Shown in pieces: positions 12,891 through 26,441 of a stretch of 64,000 bases of DNA; position 1 is the first letter of the stretch, and the number at the start of each line of letters is the position of its first letter. The notes under the pieces are model-generated. The model was not told where the DNA came from, did not search any database, and saw nothing but the letters and a program-made list of their open reading frames with translations. The stretch lies in the NCBI GenBank assembly GCA_030390025.1, contig CM059433.1, positions 12,340,001-12,404,000 on the forward strand, in the 5' to 3' direction. This DNA is from Squalus acanthias (Eukaryota). A program made the translations under genes and the position numbers.

Positions 12891-13324
12891 ATTATGCTAT
12901 ATGACATTTTACTAACTTAACTATCTTACAGCTTATTGTATAAAACTTTAATTGGAGGAGAAAGGTTCTTATTTACTGTTGACTGGAATGAGATTCTGGT
13001 AATGTAGATTTGTGTAGATTTTAGTCATTCAACTTTTTGAGAGAGGTGATCTAATATTAGCTAGTCATGATATGAATTCTAGCACAGGTCTTCAAAATAA
13101 TGGTATCCTAATTACTACCTCAGCCACCCTTTTCACAACATATTAGTTTAATGTTAAACATTCATATTTATACAGCAGAAGAAACACATTTTTGATAGTG
13201 CATACTTTATGTATATATTAGGGTTATGTCACACAATTGGACAAATAATAATTCTTCATTTCACAAAATGAACATGCTATTTTAAATGATTTTCATCAAT
13301 TTATGTGCACTATAACACAGTGAA

Positions 13325-13480
13325 ATTCCCTCCCTAAGCCTCTCTGCCTCTCCCTCCTCCTTTAAGACGGTCCTTAAAACCCATCTGTACTAATATCTCC
13401 TTAAGTGGCTCGGTGTAAAATTTTGTCTGATAACGCTCCTGTGAACTATGTTAAAGGCGTTACATAAATGCAAGTTGTTA
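13325..13480 (+). mobile_element. L2-type LINE 3' tail fragment (another at 63775-63990)
   Basis: CCTTTAAGAC..CTTAAAACC ... GGCTCGGTGT ... ATAAATGCAAGTTGTT. Same tail as the DeuSINEs. Confidence 0.65.
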
Positions 13481-13496
13481 TGGTAACATAGATGTT

Positions 13497-14947
13497 GGCC
13501 ATGGATTTTTGCAGTAAAAATAACTGTCAGGCTATCGGCGCTCACCGTTATTAAAGAGTAAATTGGACAGGCACTTCCGCCGACCGCACATGCGCAGTTA
13601 AACGTGGAAATCAGGAAGTTGCTGCCCGAGTTGCCCTGCTCCTCCAGAAGCTGCGCTACACCGGTATCTCGCCGAGAGACTCTGCATTGCAATAGATGGA
13701 AGGGTGGGAAGTTACTGTACTTACCTGAAAGATACCCACTAAACTCGCCAGGAAAAGTTAGGGCTTCTTCATTCCAGTGAATTTTTAATGACGTGATAAG
13801 TCTTAATTACTGCCAAACTTCCCTGGCACTGAAAATTAACTTTTACAAGTGTGATGTCTCATTCTTTCAGATTTTAATTCTTGTTGGAGATTTAAAAAAA
13901 TTGAAAACATATAAGTTTTTTTAAAACATTTTCTTTCTGCCTCTTTTATCTCTCATCTCTCTCTCTTAATCCCATCTTTCTTCCTCTCTCTTTATTTTGC
14001 TTTTTGTACAGGATTTGACTTTGAATTAATCATTGGCACTTCCTGGTTGAGACTCTGTGGCCTGGATTTCAGCCTGGAGGCGGGTTCTGTGTGGGGGTGG
14101 GGAGGGGGGCGGTGGTGGGATGCAGTTGTGAGGATGGGAAACCCGGAAGAACAGTTTCCCCAAATGTCCTGCAGCTTTTAACTGCAGGGCTCCTTTAAAT
14201 TATTTTCTGTGGGGTTCCTGCCCATAGGTAGCTGATTGACAAGGCTGAAGCTTAAGAGAGCAGGTAATGGGGGAGTGAGAGAAATCATGGTGGGTGGGGG
14301 GGGTCCGATGGTTGTAAGGGGGGGAGCAGATAGATCGTGGAGGGGGGCGGGGCTAACTGGGTAGCTTGTTGAGCCTGGAGGAAACATTCCTGCTCCTCCT
14401 GGCCCACAAGCAGTGCTGTAAAGGAACTTACTTCATGGATTCAGCCCTTCTCGTCTTCTTTCAGCTGCCGGGTTTCCCGAGGCCTGGGAAACCCCGCTGC
14501 CTATGGTTAGAAATAGAATCACTGTTAATATGAAGGCAGGGAGCCTCATTATAATATTTAAAGACCAACCCGCTTCCTGCAAGCGGATTGGTCGCCCGCC
14601 CTTCATCCCGTTAAAACCGGAAGTGGGTGGGTTTGAGGCATAAGCGGTTCCTGTTCCAGATTTTTTTGCATTTTAACGTCTTACACAACCTCAACCCACT
14701 CGTTTTGGGAGTTAAGATTCAGCCCTGCGTGTCTCAGTAAGGATTATTCAATCTGATTGGTTAAGGAGACAGAGTTACTTGTCCTGTTCACACAGGTCCC
14801 AGATCCCCTGCAGAGGGCGCTGTGCTGTTTTGGATTTTCAATTACTGCAAGTTCCAGTGCAATAGCCCATAGAAAGTCTGTGGGCAAGTTTAAGTGTAAT
14901 GAACAGCGGGTGCCATTCATTCGCCACTGACCGCAAAATTGCGGGCC
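13497..14947. mobile_element. Harbinger-type MITE family C containing a nested family D MITE (14058-14724)
   Basis: Outer ends GGCCATGGATTTTTGC / GCAAAATTGCGGGCC, homologous to 16066-16775. Inner element (T)GGCCTGGATTT...AAGATTCAGCC flanked by CTG. Confidence 0.65.
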
Positions 14948-15599
14948 AGTGTATTCCAAAACTGTTGCAAAGAAAGATAGCAAAAATCATTATACAAAGC
15001 ATTACACAATAGTCTCAACAGCCTGTAGTTTTCCTACCCAGTTATAAGTTAATTCTCTCATTGTACAATGTGACAGTATTTCTCTGTAGAGATCACCACC
15101 CACTCGCCTCTCACAGATTTCAATGTAGCACCATCCTCAGCTTTCTTCTTATTGAAATATAATACTTATTATCAAATTAATGCGCCAATTAAATGGGTGC
15201 AATTCAGTCTCAGGGCTCAGATAGTTGGGTTGATTTTGTGTCAGTTGAACCAAACCAAATGGAGGAAGTTCCTGCCTGTTTAATAATTCATGTTGTTATC
15301 CCTTCTGCATCTTTGTCTGTCCATTATATCACTGCAATGCTACTCCTAATCTAAATTAATACATTGGGCATTGATAGTTATTGTGTTGTGCCTTTACATA
15401 AAAAAGTTAGTTGAAGGAAACAGCCAGCAACTTAATTTAGCTTCTTCATCTATGGGTGAGTTTATTTTGCAATTCTTTCCCCTTCTGTTCAACTGTGTGC
15501 ATCAAGAGGCTTTGCAGGGTTGCCTTGGAGTTAACCTTCTTCCACTATACCCTTTCACACATCCGGTGCCCCAATAGGAAATAAGGAGGAATGCGTGAA

Positions 15600-17400
15600 T
15601 GCAAGAGAAGCCATGTTACATTACAAGAGGATGGCTTCTATCCGCCATCTCTCAGCAATGGCAGACTTGATTGGACTTGTCCGAGGAAAGATGCGTACAA
15701 AGGCTTAGGTTCATCAGGGAGGCATTGACCGAGCACTGCCCCATGTTTCCAGATAGCCTCCAGCTAAACTCTAGGGCAGGCATGGCACTGAACATGTTTG
15801 CCTCCAGTTCTTTCCAGTCTGGCATCAACAAAGTTGGTCAGCCTGCAGTCCACAGGCGCATTTAAGCTGATGACTGACGCATTGTTTCTCACAACAAGCA
15901 ATTTTATCACTTTCCCTATGGACAATCAGCAAAAGCACGAGTGAGCCACAGGATTTTTCCACGTGGCTGGATTTCTTAAAGGTCAAGGCACTGATTGCGC
16001 ACATGTAGCCCTACATGCACCTGCACACAATAGTGGGGCATTAATGAACCGAAAGGGCTATCGTTGAGCCTGAATTTGCAGTGGGTAATAACGGTGAACT
16101 AACAGCATTCGCCGTTATTACCCCTTAGAAACTGACCGCAACTTCAGGATGTAGCGCATGCGCATCTAAACGCGGAAATCCTGAAGTTGCAGTCAGTCAT
16201 TGACTGCTCCAACACTGACTGCACTGTGCACCGCCCCCCACCCCTCGCCCCCATAGCCGACAATCAGTGAAGTCAGTAAAACTGAAGAAAACGTGGGCTT
16301 TTCTGCAGTAATATCATTGTTAAATACCCCATTAAATGTTCGGTCTTGTTGGATTAGGTGTAACTGGGGGTTTTAATAGCGTATTGACTGCTAAACAAAT
16401 GTTATGACACTGAAAAACTCATTTTAATTTTGTGGAGTGTCAAATTTCTCCATTATGATAAAATTACAATTTTTAAGAAACATAAATTTTTATTAAAATA
16501 TTTTTTTAAATGTTCTTATTTATTTTAGGTTCTACTTTATACCCATGTGAGAGCCCCAGTCTTTGTTTTGCTCTTTGTAACATTTTTAAAAAGTTGGGAT
16601 AAAAGCAGGTTCTCATTTCCTGCTTCCCTGTCTAAGAGAATTCTGCAACGTGATTGGCTGCTTTGACAGCTTGTTGACGTAACAGCAGATCGCGTTAGGG
16701 ATTCTCCATTATATTGCACTGAAATAACTTGCGTGTTGAAGAAGGCAAACTTTTCGCCACAGAAAATTCTGGGCCGTTCTGTCAATATACAGATAGTCTG
16801 CAACCACCTGCACAGAATCATGCAGATAAATGCTCACTTCCCCAGCAGCTGTCCCCTCCAAGTCACACACCATCCTGACCTGGAAGTATATCGCCGATCC
16901 TTCATCGTCGCTGGGTCAAAATCCTAGAACTCCCTCCCTGACAGCACTGTGGGAGTACCTTCACCACACGGAATGTAGCCGTTCAAGAAGGCGGCTCACC
17001 ACCACCTTCTCAAGGGCAATTAGAGATGGGCAATAAATGCTGGTCTTGCCAGCGATGCCCACATTCCAGGAACGAATAAAAAAAAAAGTTATAATGCCTT
17101 CATTTTGAAGCAATCCATCATCTCCCCTTATTTGACCTGTAAAGAGAAGTACAAGGTTGGCTTCTAAGAGACCAAGGTATCCTCTCCCCCATGCCTCATA
17201 TTACATCTACAGCAGCTCTGCTGAGCTGATACAAGGCCCATGCGAAAACCAGAGTCATCGTGAAGCACACCTTTGGTGTGAATCAAAGATTCCAACACCT
17301 TGACAGCTCAAGGGTGTCCTACAGTACAGTCTGGTTAAAATATCACACATTGTTGCCATTTACTGTATGCTCCATACCTCCACACTTCAAAGAGGACCAG
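15600..17400 (+). pseudogene. Highly decayed Harbinger transposase with nested MITE C and a LINE B tail
   Basis: DLSEERCVQRLRF..ALNMFASSSFQ, NRKGY|SVNIQIVC..NAHFP motifs in broken frames. Confidence 0.7.
16066..16775. mobile_element. Harbinger-type MITE family C, copy 2
   Basis: Ends GAGCCTGAATTT / AAAATTCTGGGCC with 3-bp TSD GTT on both sides. Splits the transposase KGY-H-S motif. Confidence 0.75.
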
Positions 17401-19284
17401 TTGGAGCAAGAGGGCACAGTACATCACCTATAGAGACATGGTTCAGGAGCCATAGGATTGAGCTGAATAAGCACCTGTTTTGGCTGCGAGAGTTGTTCAC
17501 AGTTATCTCTCCCACATGATACCTTTTAATAGTTACCCCGTTGAACCTATTCATAAACTGTCCTCCCTCCATCTTCCCCATGCCTTGCAAAAATAATTAC
17601 CATTGCCTACATTGTCATAGCAACCTAATTAATTGGCAGCCATACAACTCTATCAACTTCTTGTATATTTCCCTGAGCCGTGCAAACAAAGCTCTCTGTA
17701 CATGCTCCAACTGAAGTGCCGCCATAGAAGGACAAGGGCAGCAGGCGCATGGGAACACCACCACCTCCAAGTTCCCCTCCAAGTCACACACCATCCTGAC
17801 TTAGAAGTATATCGGCCGTTCCTTCATCGTTGCTGGGTCAAAATCCTGGAACTCCCTCCCTAACAGCGCTGTGGGAGTACCATCACCACACGGACTGCAG
17901 CGGTTCAAGAAGGCGGTTGACCACCACCTTCTCGAGGGCAACTAGGGACGGGCAATAAATGCTGGCCTCGCCAGCGACGCCCACATCCCACAAACGAATT
18001 AAAAAAAAACCCCATATGTTCTGGCGATCAGGATCCCCATACTGTGGATTGATATGATTTCACCAGTTGCTTCTTTCTCTCCCTCGGCCACCTCCACCTG
18101 TTCCTGCTCACTTGTGTCTGTGCTTCACCCAATGTACTCTCCTCGAGCTCACTTTCTAAATCCTCCTGTGAAGTGGACTGATTCCCCCCATTTTTTTTAA
18201 ACTTCTGCTGGTCATGCCATCTTGCTCCCCCTGGGTGCTACATCTTCCTGTCGCCCTCTAGGGGCGGGGGTGGGGGGGGTGACAAGATGAACCTATACCG
18301 GTGCAGACACCCACTGGAATTATTACAATTAGCTGACCCCCACCCTGACTTTGGTACTGCATTGAAGGAATAAACCCCAAATTCTGGTTCGGACCAAGGC
18401 GTGACTAGGGTGGATCTCTGGACAAAGGACTGAAAAATGGGGTGAAACTAGGTTGCCCCTGGACTCTGCCCCGATTTGTTAGCTCTTGCCATTTTCCGGT
18501 GGTGGGTCTATGGTTGGACCTTCCCTCATCCCACATGTCAGGAAGGCTTGTCTGAGGGAGTTCTTGCTAATTCCACCCTTGAAGCACTTAAATGCCTTCG
18601 TTGAACTCTTGCCAACTGAGGCCTGGTGTGAATCCCACTGAGGCCCCAGTAAAGACCCAAACCTTACCAGAAGTAAGATAATCAGTTCCCTGTGGTAAGG
18701 GTTGCTAGGTATCTTTGTGGAGCGATTCTGTGGCTCTCCACCTTTGTGCTGGCATTTTGAGATGAGGACAGGTTGAGATCTGGTGTGGTGGGATGTGGAG
18801 GCAGTGGGTGAGGCACGAGTGGGTAGCAATGAGGGTGCCTACAGCGTGAATGGGGGACCAGGAGATGAGCTAGGCTGGGTTCTTTAACAGGCATGGCAGA
18901 GTATGACATTCAGGATGGGGTGGTCAATTTTAAAAATGAGACCTATGGATTTCAGTAATAACTTTGTTTTTTTTAAATTCTTTTATGGGAACTGGGCATC
19001 GCTGGCAATACCAGCATTTATTGCCCCTCCCTAGTTGCCCTTGAGAAGGTGGTGGTGAGCTGCCTTCTTGAACCGCTGCAGTCCGTGTGGTGATTGCAAT
19101 AAAACAGGAATTTCTATAAAGCGGGAAGCAATAAAAGCACCAAAAATCAAGACTGGTCTCATGCATAACAATCTTTATTTGTCTACATTTTGTACAACAT
19201 CTTACAACAAGAGTGAATACAGTATAACATCATAATAATTACATCATAAAAAGGTGAATACAGTATACATATTTTAAAAAGAAA

Positions 19285-19730
19285 GGAAGACTTGCATTAT
19301 ATCGTGACTTTAATGACCTCAGGACGTCTCAAAGCGCTTTACAGCCAATTAAGTACTTTTGAAGTGTAGTCACTGCTGTAATGTAGGAAACATGGCAGGC
19401 AATTTGTGCACAGCAAGCTCCCACAAACAGCAATGTGATAATGACCAGATAATCTGTTTTTTAGTGATCTTGATTGAGGGATACATGCTGGCCAGGAGAA
19501 CCTCTCTGCTCTTCTTCGAATAGTGCCAAGGAATCTTTTACGTCCACCTGAGAGGGCGGGCAGGGACTCGGTTTAACGTCTCACCCAAAAGACGGCACCT
19601 CTGACAGTGCAGCACTCCCTCAGCACTGCACTAAAGTGTCAGCCTGTGCTCAGGTCTTTGGAGAGGGACTTAAGCACACAGCCATCTGACTCAGTGGGAA
19701 GAGTGCTACCACTGAGCCAAGGCTGACACC
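19285..19730 (-). mobile_element. DeuSINE copy
   Basis: Homologous to 7763-8240. Confidence 0.85.
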
Positions 19731-19838
19731 TAAAAGAAAAATGCTCATAATTCATTATTTCTTGTTATACAACAAAGAATTATACCAAGATTTTAGATTA
19801 AAAGGTAAATGCAGTATAGCCTCTTAAAAGTGTCCTAG

Positions 19839-20312
19839 TGTTAGCTGTGGCTCAGTGGGTAGCACACTCTCTCTCAAGTTATGAAGGGTTGTGGGTTCAA
19901 GTCCCACTCCATGGGACTTGAGCACATAGATGCTAGGCTGACACTCCAGTGCAGTGCTGAGGGAGTGCTGCACTGTCGGAGGTGCCGTCTTTCAGATGAG
20001 ATGTTAAACTGAGGCCCCGTCTGCTCTATCAGGTGGATGTAAACGATCACATGGCACTATTTTGAAGAAGAGCAGGGGAGTTATCCCTGGTGTCCTGGGC
20101 CAATATTTATTCCTCAATCAACATAACAAAAACAGATGATCTGGTCATTATCACATTGCTGTTTGTGGGAGCTTGCTGTGTGCAAATTGGCTGCCGCGTT
20201 TCCCACATTACAACAGTGACTACACTTCAAAAATAAATGTACTTCATTGGCTGTAAAGCGCTTTGAGACATCCAGTGGTTGTGAAAGGCGCTATAGAAAT
20301 GCAAGTCTTTCT
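19839..20312 (+). mobile_element. DeuSINE copy, head-to-head with the previous one
   Basis: A/B box head, Deu core and L2-like tail. Confidence 0.85.
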
Positions 20313-20339
20313 TTTAAAAAATGATAATAAACGCTCGAG

Positions 20340-22735
20340 TCTCATGAGTTTTTTTATGCTGCAAAGAATTCTGTAATTTTTAATTTGGTGGAGATCAGAA
20401 GTCATCAACCTCTGTACTTTCCCCTCCCAGTGCATAAAATTCATCAAACATTTCACTATCTTTTGACCTGATGAATCGATGCAGAACGCACCGTGCAGAA
20501 TCTACCTCTCTAACTTCTGGAATTTCCAGCTCTGGCACATTTCATTTACATCCTCTGTTGCCGAGTCTTTCAGAGAAGGAATGATTACTGCATCAATCAC
20601 ATCTGTGCAAGTGTCAAGGTCGAACTCGACCTCGACCTCACTCAAACTGCCGGGAATCCCCTCACCCACCTGCTCAACTTCGACTGGATCATTACTTTCC
20701 TCGCTAGAAACCAAGGGGGGAATTTTAACCCCACCCGCAAAAAAAACCCCAGGTGGGTTGGGGGTCGTGTGGGAAGTGAAAGTGTTAAAAATCAGAATCG
20801 TGATCAGAACCCGCCTCCAACCCGCCCACTTCCAGTTTTAATGGAGGCGGGACAGGGGGGCGGGCAGCCAACCCGCTCGCAGGAGGTGGTTTGTCCATTT
20901 AAATATTATAATGAGACTGGCATGCCTCACATTTAACCTCCATTTTAAATTTAACTTTAGCTGGTCGGGTTTTGGGGGCCTCGTGAAACCCACCAGCTAA
21001 TGCAAGGCAAAGACTGCTGGTTCCTGGAGGTAAGTACCTTTACGCTTACCTCCTAGATCCAGCGTCCCTGCCTTACCCACCCCCAGCGATCGGAGACCAC
21101 TCCTCCACGAGGCCTCCGATTCTTCCCCACGAGGTCCCCCCTGCCCCATGCTCCTCCAGCCCTCTGATGTTGTCTGCCTCTCCCCCCCACCCCCCCACCA
21201 CTGCTTCTCCTGGCTCTCCCATGCTCCTCCTGGCCCTCCGATCTGCTCCGGACCACCCCCCCACTTCTCAGGTGCCCCCGATCTGCTCCGGAAACCACCC
21301 CCCACCCCCCCACTCCTCCGGCCTCCGATCTGCCACTCTGGTCCCCGATCTGCTCACAACACCCCCCCCCCCCCCACCACCACTCCTTCGGTCCTCCCCA
21401 TGCTCCTCCGTCCCCCCCCCCCGGCCCCCACCCATTCCCTCCCTCCATCCTCTCTGTAGTGCCGCAGGCCTACCCGCCCGAAGCCAGCCAGCCTCTTAAT
21501 CTGTCTGGCTGCGTGCGGGAAACAGAGGTATCCAACGCAAATCAGTCCCTGTCGTTAAATTCGGCAGGACCTGCGGGAAACCCGTTCTCCCGGGTTTCCC
21601 GACCACTTCCGAGCCCCGCCCGCTCCCGACCCGCCAAACTATTAAAATCCAGGCCCAAACTGCAGTTTCTAAAGTGGTCACTGATGCAACTGGAGGCAAT
21701 GCATTCCAAGCTGTACTGGATATGTGCACAGCATCCAACGTTGGAGTTTTTCATAACCTGTGGAACGCCAGTTTCTTCAGTGGAATCTAAAAGAGAAGCC
21801 ATCTTGCGCAGCAATTGCTTCTTGTGGTGGCGCTTCATGCTATGAATGATGGAAGTGGTGTTAGATGGTAAAAACTGGACCTATTTTGTGATTAAGAGTC
21901 AGATCGTGGCACGTGGCGTTATTACTTCATAGCATCACCTTCTTGCACCACTTGCTCATCCTTGCATTGAAAGACCACAGCCACTTTCCGAAAACTGTTT
22001 GTGCCATCAAGGCATTAACACTCCTTCCATAATCAGTTGGAGAAGTTTTTTCATTTCTAAGGCAAGTTATTGGTTTTCCGGATCACGTGAGGTTTCACCT
22101 TGTCCAAAACCATTTGGTTAACGCACAGCAACATTGTAAGGCATTTCCCCCCTCATTTTGCCACCCTTCACCGTCTCTGCTTTTGTCGCGTAGGTTTGAT
22201 CAAACGGCACGATAGGAAAGTCTGGTCTTGTTGCAATTGCAAACACTGTCGGACGGATACTCTGCGAAGAAACCCGTCAACATTTCCTCCGCATCGGCAG
22301 CGGATTTGTCACTCTCCGCTTTATCCCATGCAGCTTGTTGCAAACAAGGCTGTGTCTCACTTTGCAGCGGACAGGAATCCACTTGATCTTCAAAGCTTTC
22401 CACGTCGAGTTCTTTGACAAGCTCATTAGCTTTAGCTTTCAACAGGCTTCTGTCAAGCGGGACTTTCTGAGCTCTTTTGTGATGAAACCAGCGAAGCAAC
22501 GCTTCATCGACATCGGCCATCTTACTCTCACTCTTCCATTTCCGATCCCGTTCTCATTTCTTTCCCAGTCCTTCAAGACGTCCATTTTTATTTTCAGAAT
22601 TCTAGAAACTTGAGATTCAAAAGTGCCACGCTTCTGCGCGACCAGCTTTTAAATCCTCGATTTCTTTAAGCTTTTCGTAATGTCCACTTGCTCGCGCAGC
22701 GACGACTCCCGGCACTTTTTTTTGTTGAGCTACCT
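20340..22735 (-). pseudogene. Tigger/pogo (TIGD/CENP-B-like) transposase relic, split by a MITE
   Basis: ADVDEALLRWFHHKRAQKVPLDRSLLKAKA (CENP-B HTH), and DDE-region remnants at 21660-22330. Acidic C-terminus at 20502-20714. A possible TIR (CAGTC..., followed by TA) lies near 23748. Confidence 0.8.
20715..21656. mobile_element. Harbinger-type non-autonomous element, family D
   Basis: Ends GGGGGGAATTTTAA / TTAAAATCCAGGCCC. C-rich core with CCGATC repeats. Related to 14058-14724 and 60781-62546. Confidence 0.7.
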
Positions 22736-22769
22736 GTAAATTAGACTTCTATTCCTCCCTCACCACACA

Positions 22770-23245
22770 TCTCTGCCTGTCACTTTAATTCTCCGCTCTA
22801 CTCCCACTCTGACCTCTCCGTCCTCGGCCTCTTACACTGTTCCAATGAAGCTCAGCGTAAGCTCGAGGAACAGCACCTCATCTTTCGATTAGGCACTTTA
22901 CAGCCTTCTGGACTCAACACTGAGTTCAACAATTTCAGACTGTAACCCCTTTTTCAGGCTGTATGATTTTGCCATCGCCATTTGAAACATTTTATCTTTC
23001 CTGCCTCTTACCTTAGCACAGAATGTCCCTTCAATTCCTTCCTCCCCTCCCACCCTTCCCCCTCTCCCTGTCTTTGCATCTGCTTAAAATCTGTTACATC
23101 TCCAGCTTTTTCCAGTTCTGACAAAAGGTCCCAGACCTGAAACGTTAACTCTGTTTCTCTCTCCACGGATGCTGCCTGGCCTGCTGAGGGTTTCCAGCAT
23201 TTTCTGTTGTTATTTCAGATTTCCAGCATCTGCAGTATTTTGCTA
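22770..23245 (+). mobile_element. Penelope family 1 3' fragment with a degenerate hammerhead (23113-23152)
   Basis: Highly similar to 2410-2840. Core is mutated to CTGACAA; GAAACGTTAACT is intact. Confidence 0.85.
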
Positions 23246-23759
23246 TTCTAACAAACAGGTTGACATGAATCTTGTCATTCATGTGGAAATGACTTATGAA
23301 ATAATACTGGGTGGCCTGCTGGTGGCGATGTCCAGGGAGAGTATAAATACTCGGGCATGGGCCCAGCTTGCTCAGGACATTCTTTAACAGGAACTATGAA
23401 GGACACAACTAGACCTCCATGTTGTAAAACAGCTGATTAAAGCTTTGTTTAACGCTTAGACCAAGTGCCTAGTAGTTTTCTTACGTCACAGGTGATAGCC
23501 AGGTCACCCCGGTTCTCAGGTACAGTAATCACTGAACCCAATCAGATTGAGAGGTGAAAGCCTTAGGTTCAAAGGTGACAAGTCTCAATAAAGGGGGGTT
23601 TCTGCGCGACGTGCATGTATATAAACTGGAATGGCAGTAAGTGAAATTGCAATAAAACAAAATTTTCACAATTGGAAATATAGGGGAACAAATGGGACTT
23701 TAGAAACGGTTGCATTAAAACGGGAATCGCGAGTTGCAAATAGACTGTATTAATGAAAT

Positions 23760-26053
23760 ATATGAGACGATTCACTAGGTTAATTCCAGAGATGAGGGGG
23801 TTGACTTATGAAGAAAGGATGAGCAGGTTGGGCCTATACTCATTGGAATTTAGAAGAATAGAAACATAGAAGATAGGAGCAGGAGTAGGCCATTCGGCCC
23901 CTCGAGCCTGCTCCGCCATTCGATGAGATCATGGCTGATCATCCAAACTCAGTACCCTGTACCTGCCTTCTCCCCATATCCCTTGATACCTTTAGCTTTA
24001 AGAAATATATCTAACTCATTCTTCAATATATTTAATGACTTGGCCTCAACTACCTTCTGTGGTAGAGAATTCCACAGGTTCACCACTCTCTGGGTGAAGA
24101 AATTCTTCCTCATTTCTGTCCTAAATGGCTTACCCGTTATCCTTAGATTATGACCCCTGGTTCTGGACTCTCCGACCATCGGGAACATTCTTCCTGCATC
24201 TAGTTTGTCCAGACCTGTCAGAATTTTATATGTTTCGATGAGATCCCCTCTCATTCTTCTATACTCCAGCGAGTATAAGCCCAATCGACCCAATCTCTCC
24301 TCATATGTCATTCCTGCCATCCCAGGTATCAGCCTTGTGAATCTTCGCTGAACTCCTTCCATGGCAAGAACATCCTTCCTCAGATAAGGCGACCAAAACT
24401 GCACACAGTACTCAAGATGTGGTCTCACCAAGGCCCTGTACAACTGCAGCAGGACATCCCTGTTCCTATACTCAAACCCGTTCGCTATGAAGGCCAACAT
24501 ACCATTTGCCTTCTTCACCGCCTGCTGCACCTGCATGCTTACTTTCAGCGACTGGTGCACAAGGACACCCAGGTCTCGTTGCACTTCCCCTTCTCCCAAT
24601 CTATTGCCATTCAGATAATAGTCTGCCTTTCTGTTTTTGACACCAAAGTGGATAACCTCGCATTTATCCACGTTATATTGCATCTGCCACGCTTCTGCCC
24701 ACTCACCCAACCTGTCCAAATCATCCTGGAGTTTCTCGGTATCCTCCTCGCAGCACACACGCCCACCCAGCTTTGTGTCATCTGCAAACTTGGAGATATT
24801 ACATTTAGTTTCCTTATCTAGATCATTAATGTATATTGTGAATAGCTGGGGTCCAAGGACCGATCCCTGCGGTACCCCACTAGTCACTACTTGCCACTCG
24901 GAAAAAGACCCATTAATTCTTACTCTCTGCTTTCTGTCCGCCAACCAGTTCTCTATCCAAGTCAATACCTTGCCCCCAATCCCATGTGCCTTAACTTTAC
25001 ACGCTAATCTCTTATGCGGGACCTTATCGAAAGCCTTTTGAAAGTCCAAATACACCACATCTACTGGTTCTCCCTTATCTATTTTCCCAGTTACATCCTC
25101 AAAAAATTCCAGTAGATTAGTCAAGCACGATTTACCTTTTGTAAATCCATGTTGACTTTGTCCGATCCTGTCACTGTTTTTCAAGTGCTCAGCTATTACA
25201 TCCTTTATAATGGACTCGAGCATTTTCCCCACTACCGATGTCAGGCTTACTGGTCTGTAATTCCCTGCTTTCTCTCTACCACCCTTTTTGAATAGTGGGG
25301 TAACATTAGCTACCCTCCAATCCATGGGTACAGTTCCAGATTCCATCGAATGTTGGAAGATGATCAGCAATGCATCTACTATTTCTAGGGCCACTTTCTT
25401 AAGTACCCTAGGATGTAGATTATCAGACCCTGGGGATTTATCGGCCTTCAATCCCGTCAATTTCCCTAACATCATTTCCCTGCAAATACTGATTTCTTTC
25501 AGTTCCTCCCTTTCATCAGACCGTATGTTCTCCAACATCTCTGGGAGGTTATTTGTGTCCTCCTTTGTGAAGACAGAACCAAAATATGCATTTAATTGGT
25601 CTGTCATTTCTTTGTTCCCCATTATAACTTCCCCCGCTTCTGACTGCAAGGGACCTACACTTGATTTCACTATGAGAGGCGATCTTATTGAAACATGTAA
25701 GATACTGAGGGGGCTCGACAAGGTAGATGCAGAGAGGATGTTTCCCCTCGTGGGGAAATCTAGAACGCGGGGGCACAGTTTCAGAATAAAGGGTCGCCCT
25801 TTTAAAACTGAGATGAGGTGGAATTTCTTCTCTCAGAGGGTCGTAAATCTGTGGAATTCTCTGCCCCAGAGAGCCGTGGAGGCTGGGTCATTAAATACAT
25901 TTAAAGTGGAGATAGACAGATTTTTGCAAGATAAGGGAGTGAAGGGTTGTGGGGAATGGGCAGGAAAGTGGCTTTGAGCCCAAGATCAGCCATGATCTTA
26001 TTGAATGGCTCGAGGGGCCGAGTGGCCTATTCCTGCTCCTATTTCTTATGTTC
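23760..26053 (+). mobile_element. CR1 3' fragment (23760-23858 and 25672-26053) split by an antisense CR1
   Basis: ...GAATTTAGAAGAAT | GAGAGGCGATCTT... rejoins as SLEFRRMRGDLIE. Confidence 0.85.
23859..25670 (-). mobile_element. Young 5'-truncated CR1 LINE with an uninterrupted RT ORF (23949 to ~25670)
   Basis: 590-aa ORF with NYRPVSLTS, YLDFQKAFDKV, GVPQGSVLGP and FADD motifs. No endonuclease domain. Confidence 0.95.
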
Positions 26054-26441
26054 TAATAGTAATTAAATAATGTTTTAATCTAACTATTTAATAGCGGTTG
26101 GGGCACAGGGAACCGCTATTAAATATCAGACACTCAAAAATGGTCCTGGAATGTGATTGATCCCTGGTTATAAGGTTCTGGGATCTGATTGGTGAAAAGG
26201 ACAGTAGTTATATACCCCTACACAAGTTTTTCATTCATAATGGCACCAAAAATCCATCCTTGCTTGAAACCCTAGTGGTAATTTATCAAGTAAATGCTCA
26301 AATTGTATTACCTAATTAATACATGTCTGATCTTTAACCCGTCTCACTTGTATCATAGTTGCCTACATTACAACAGTGACTACCCTCCCAAAAAAAGGGT
26401 CCTGAGGACAGTCCTTTCTTTCAGCTGTGCCAGTGTTTGAG

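Noticed and set aside
23260..23520. TATAAATA followed by ATTAAA, suggestive of another solo LTR
   Set aside because: I could not find TG...CA termini with a matching TSD.
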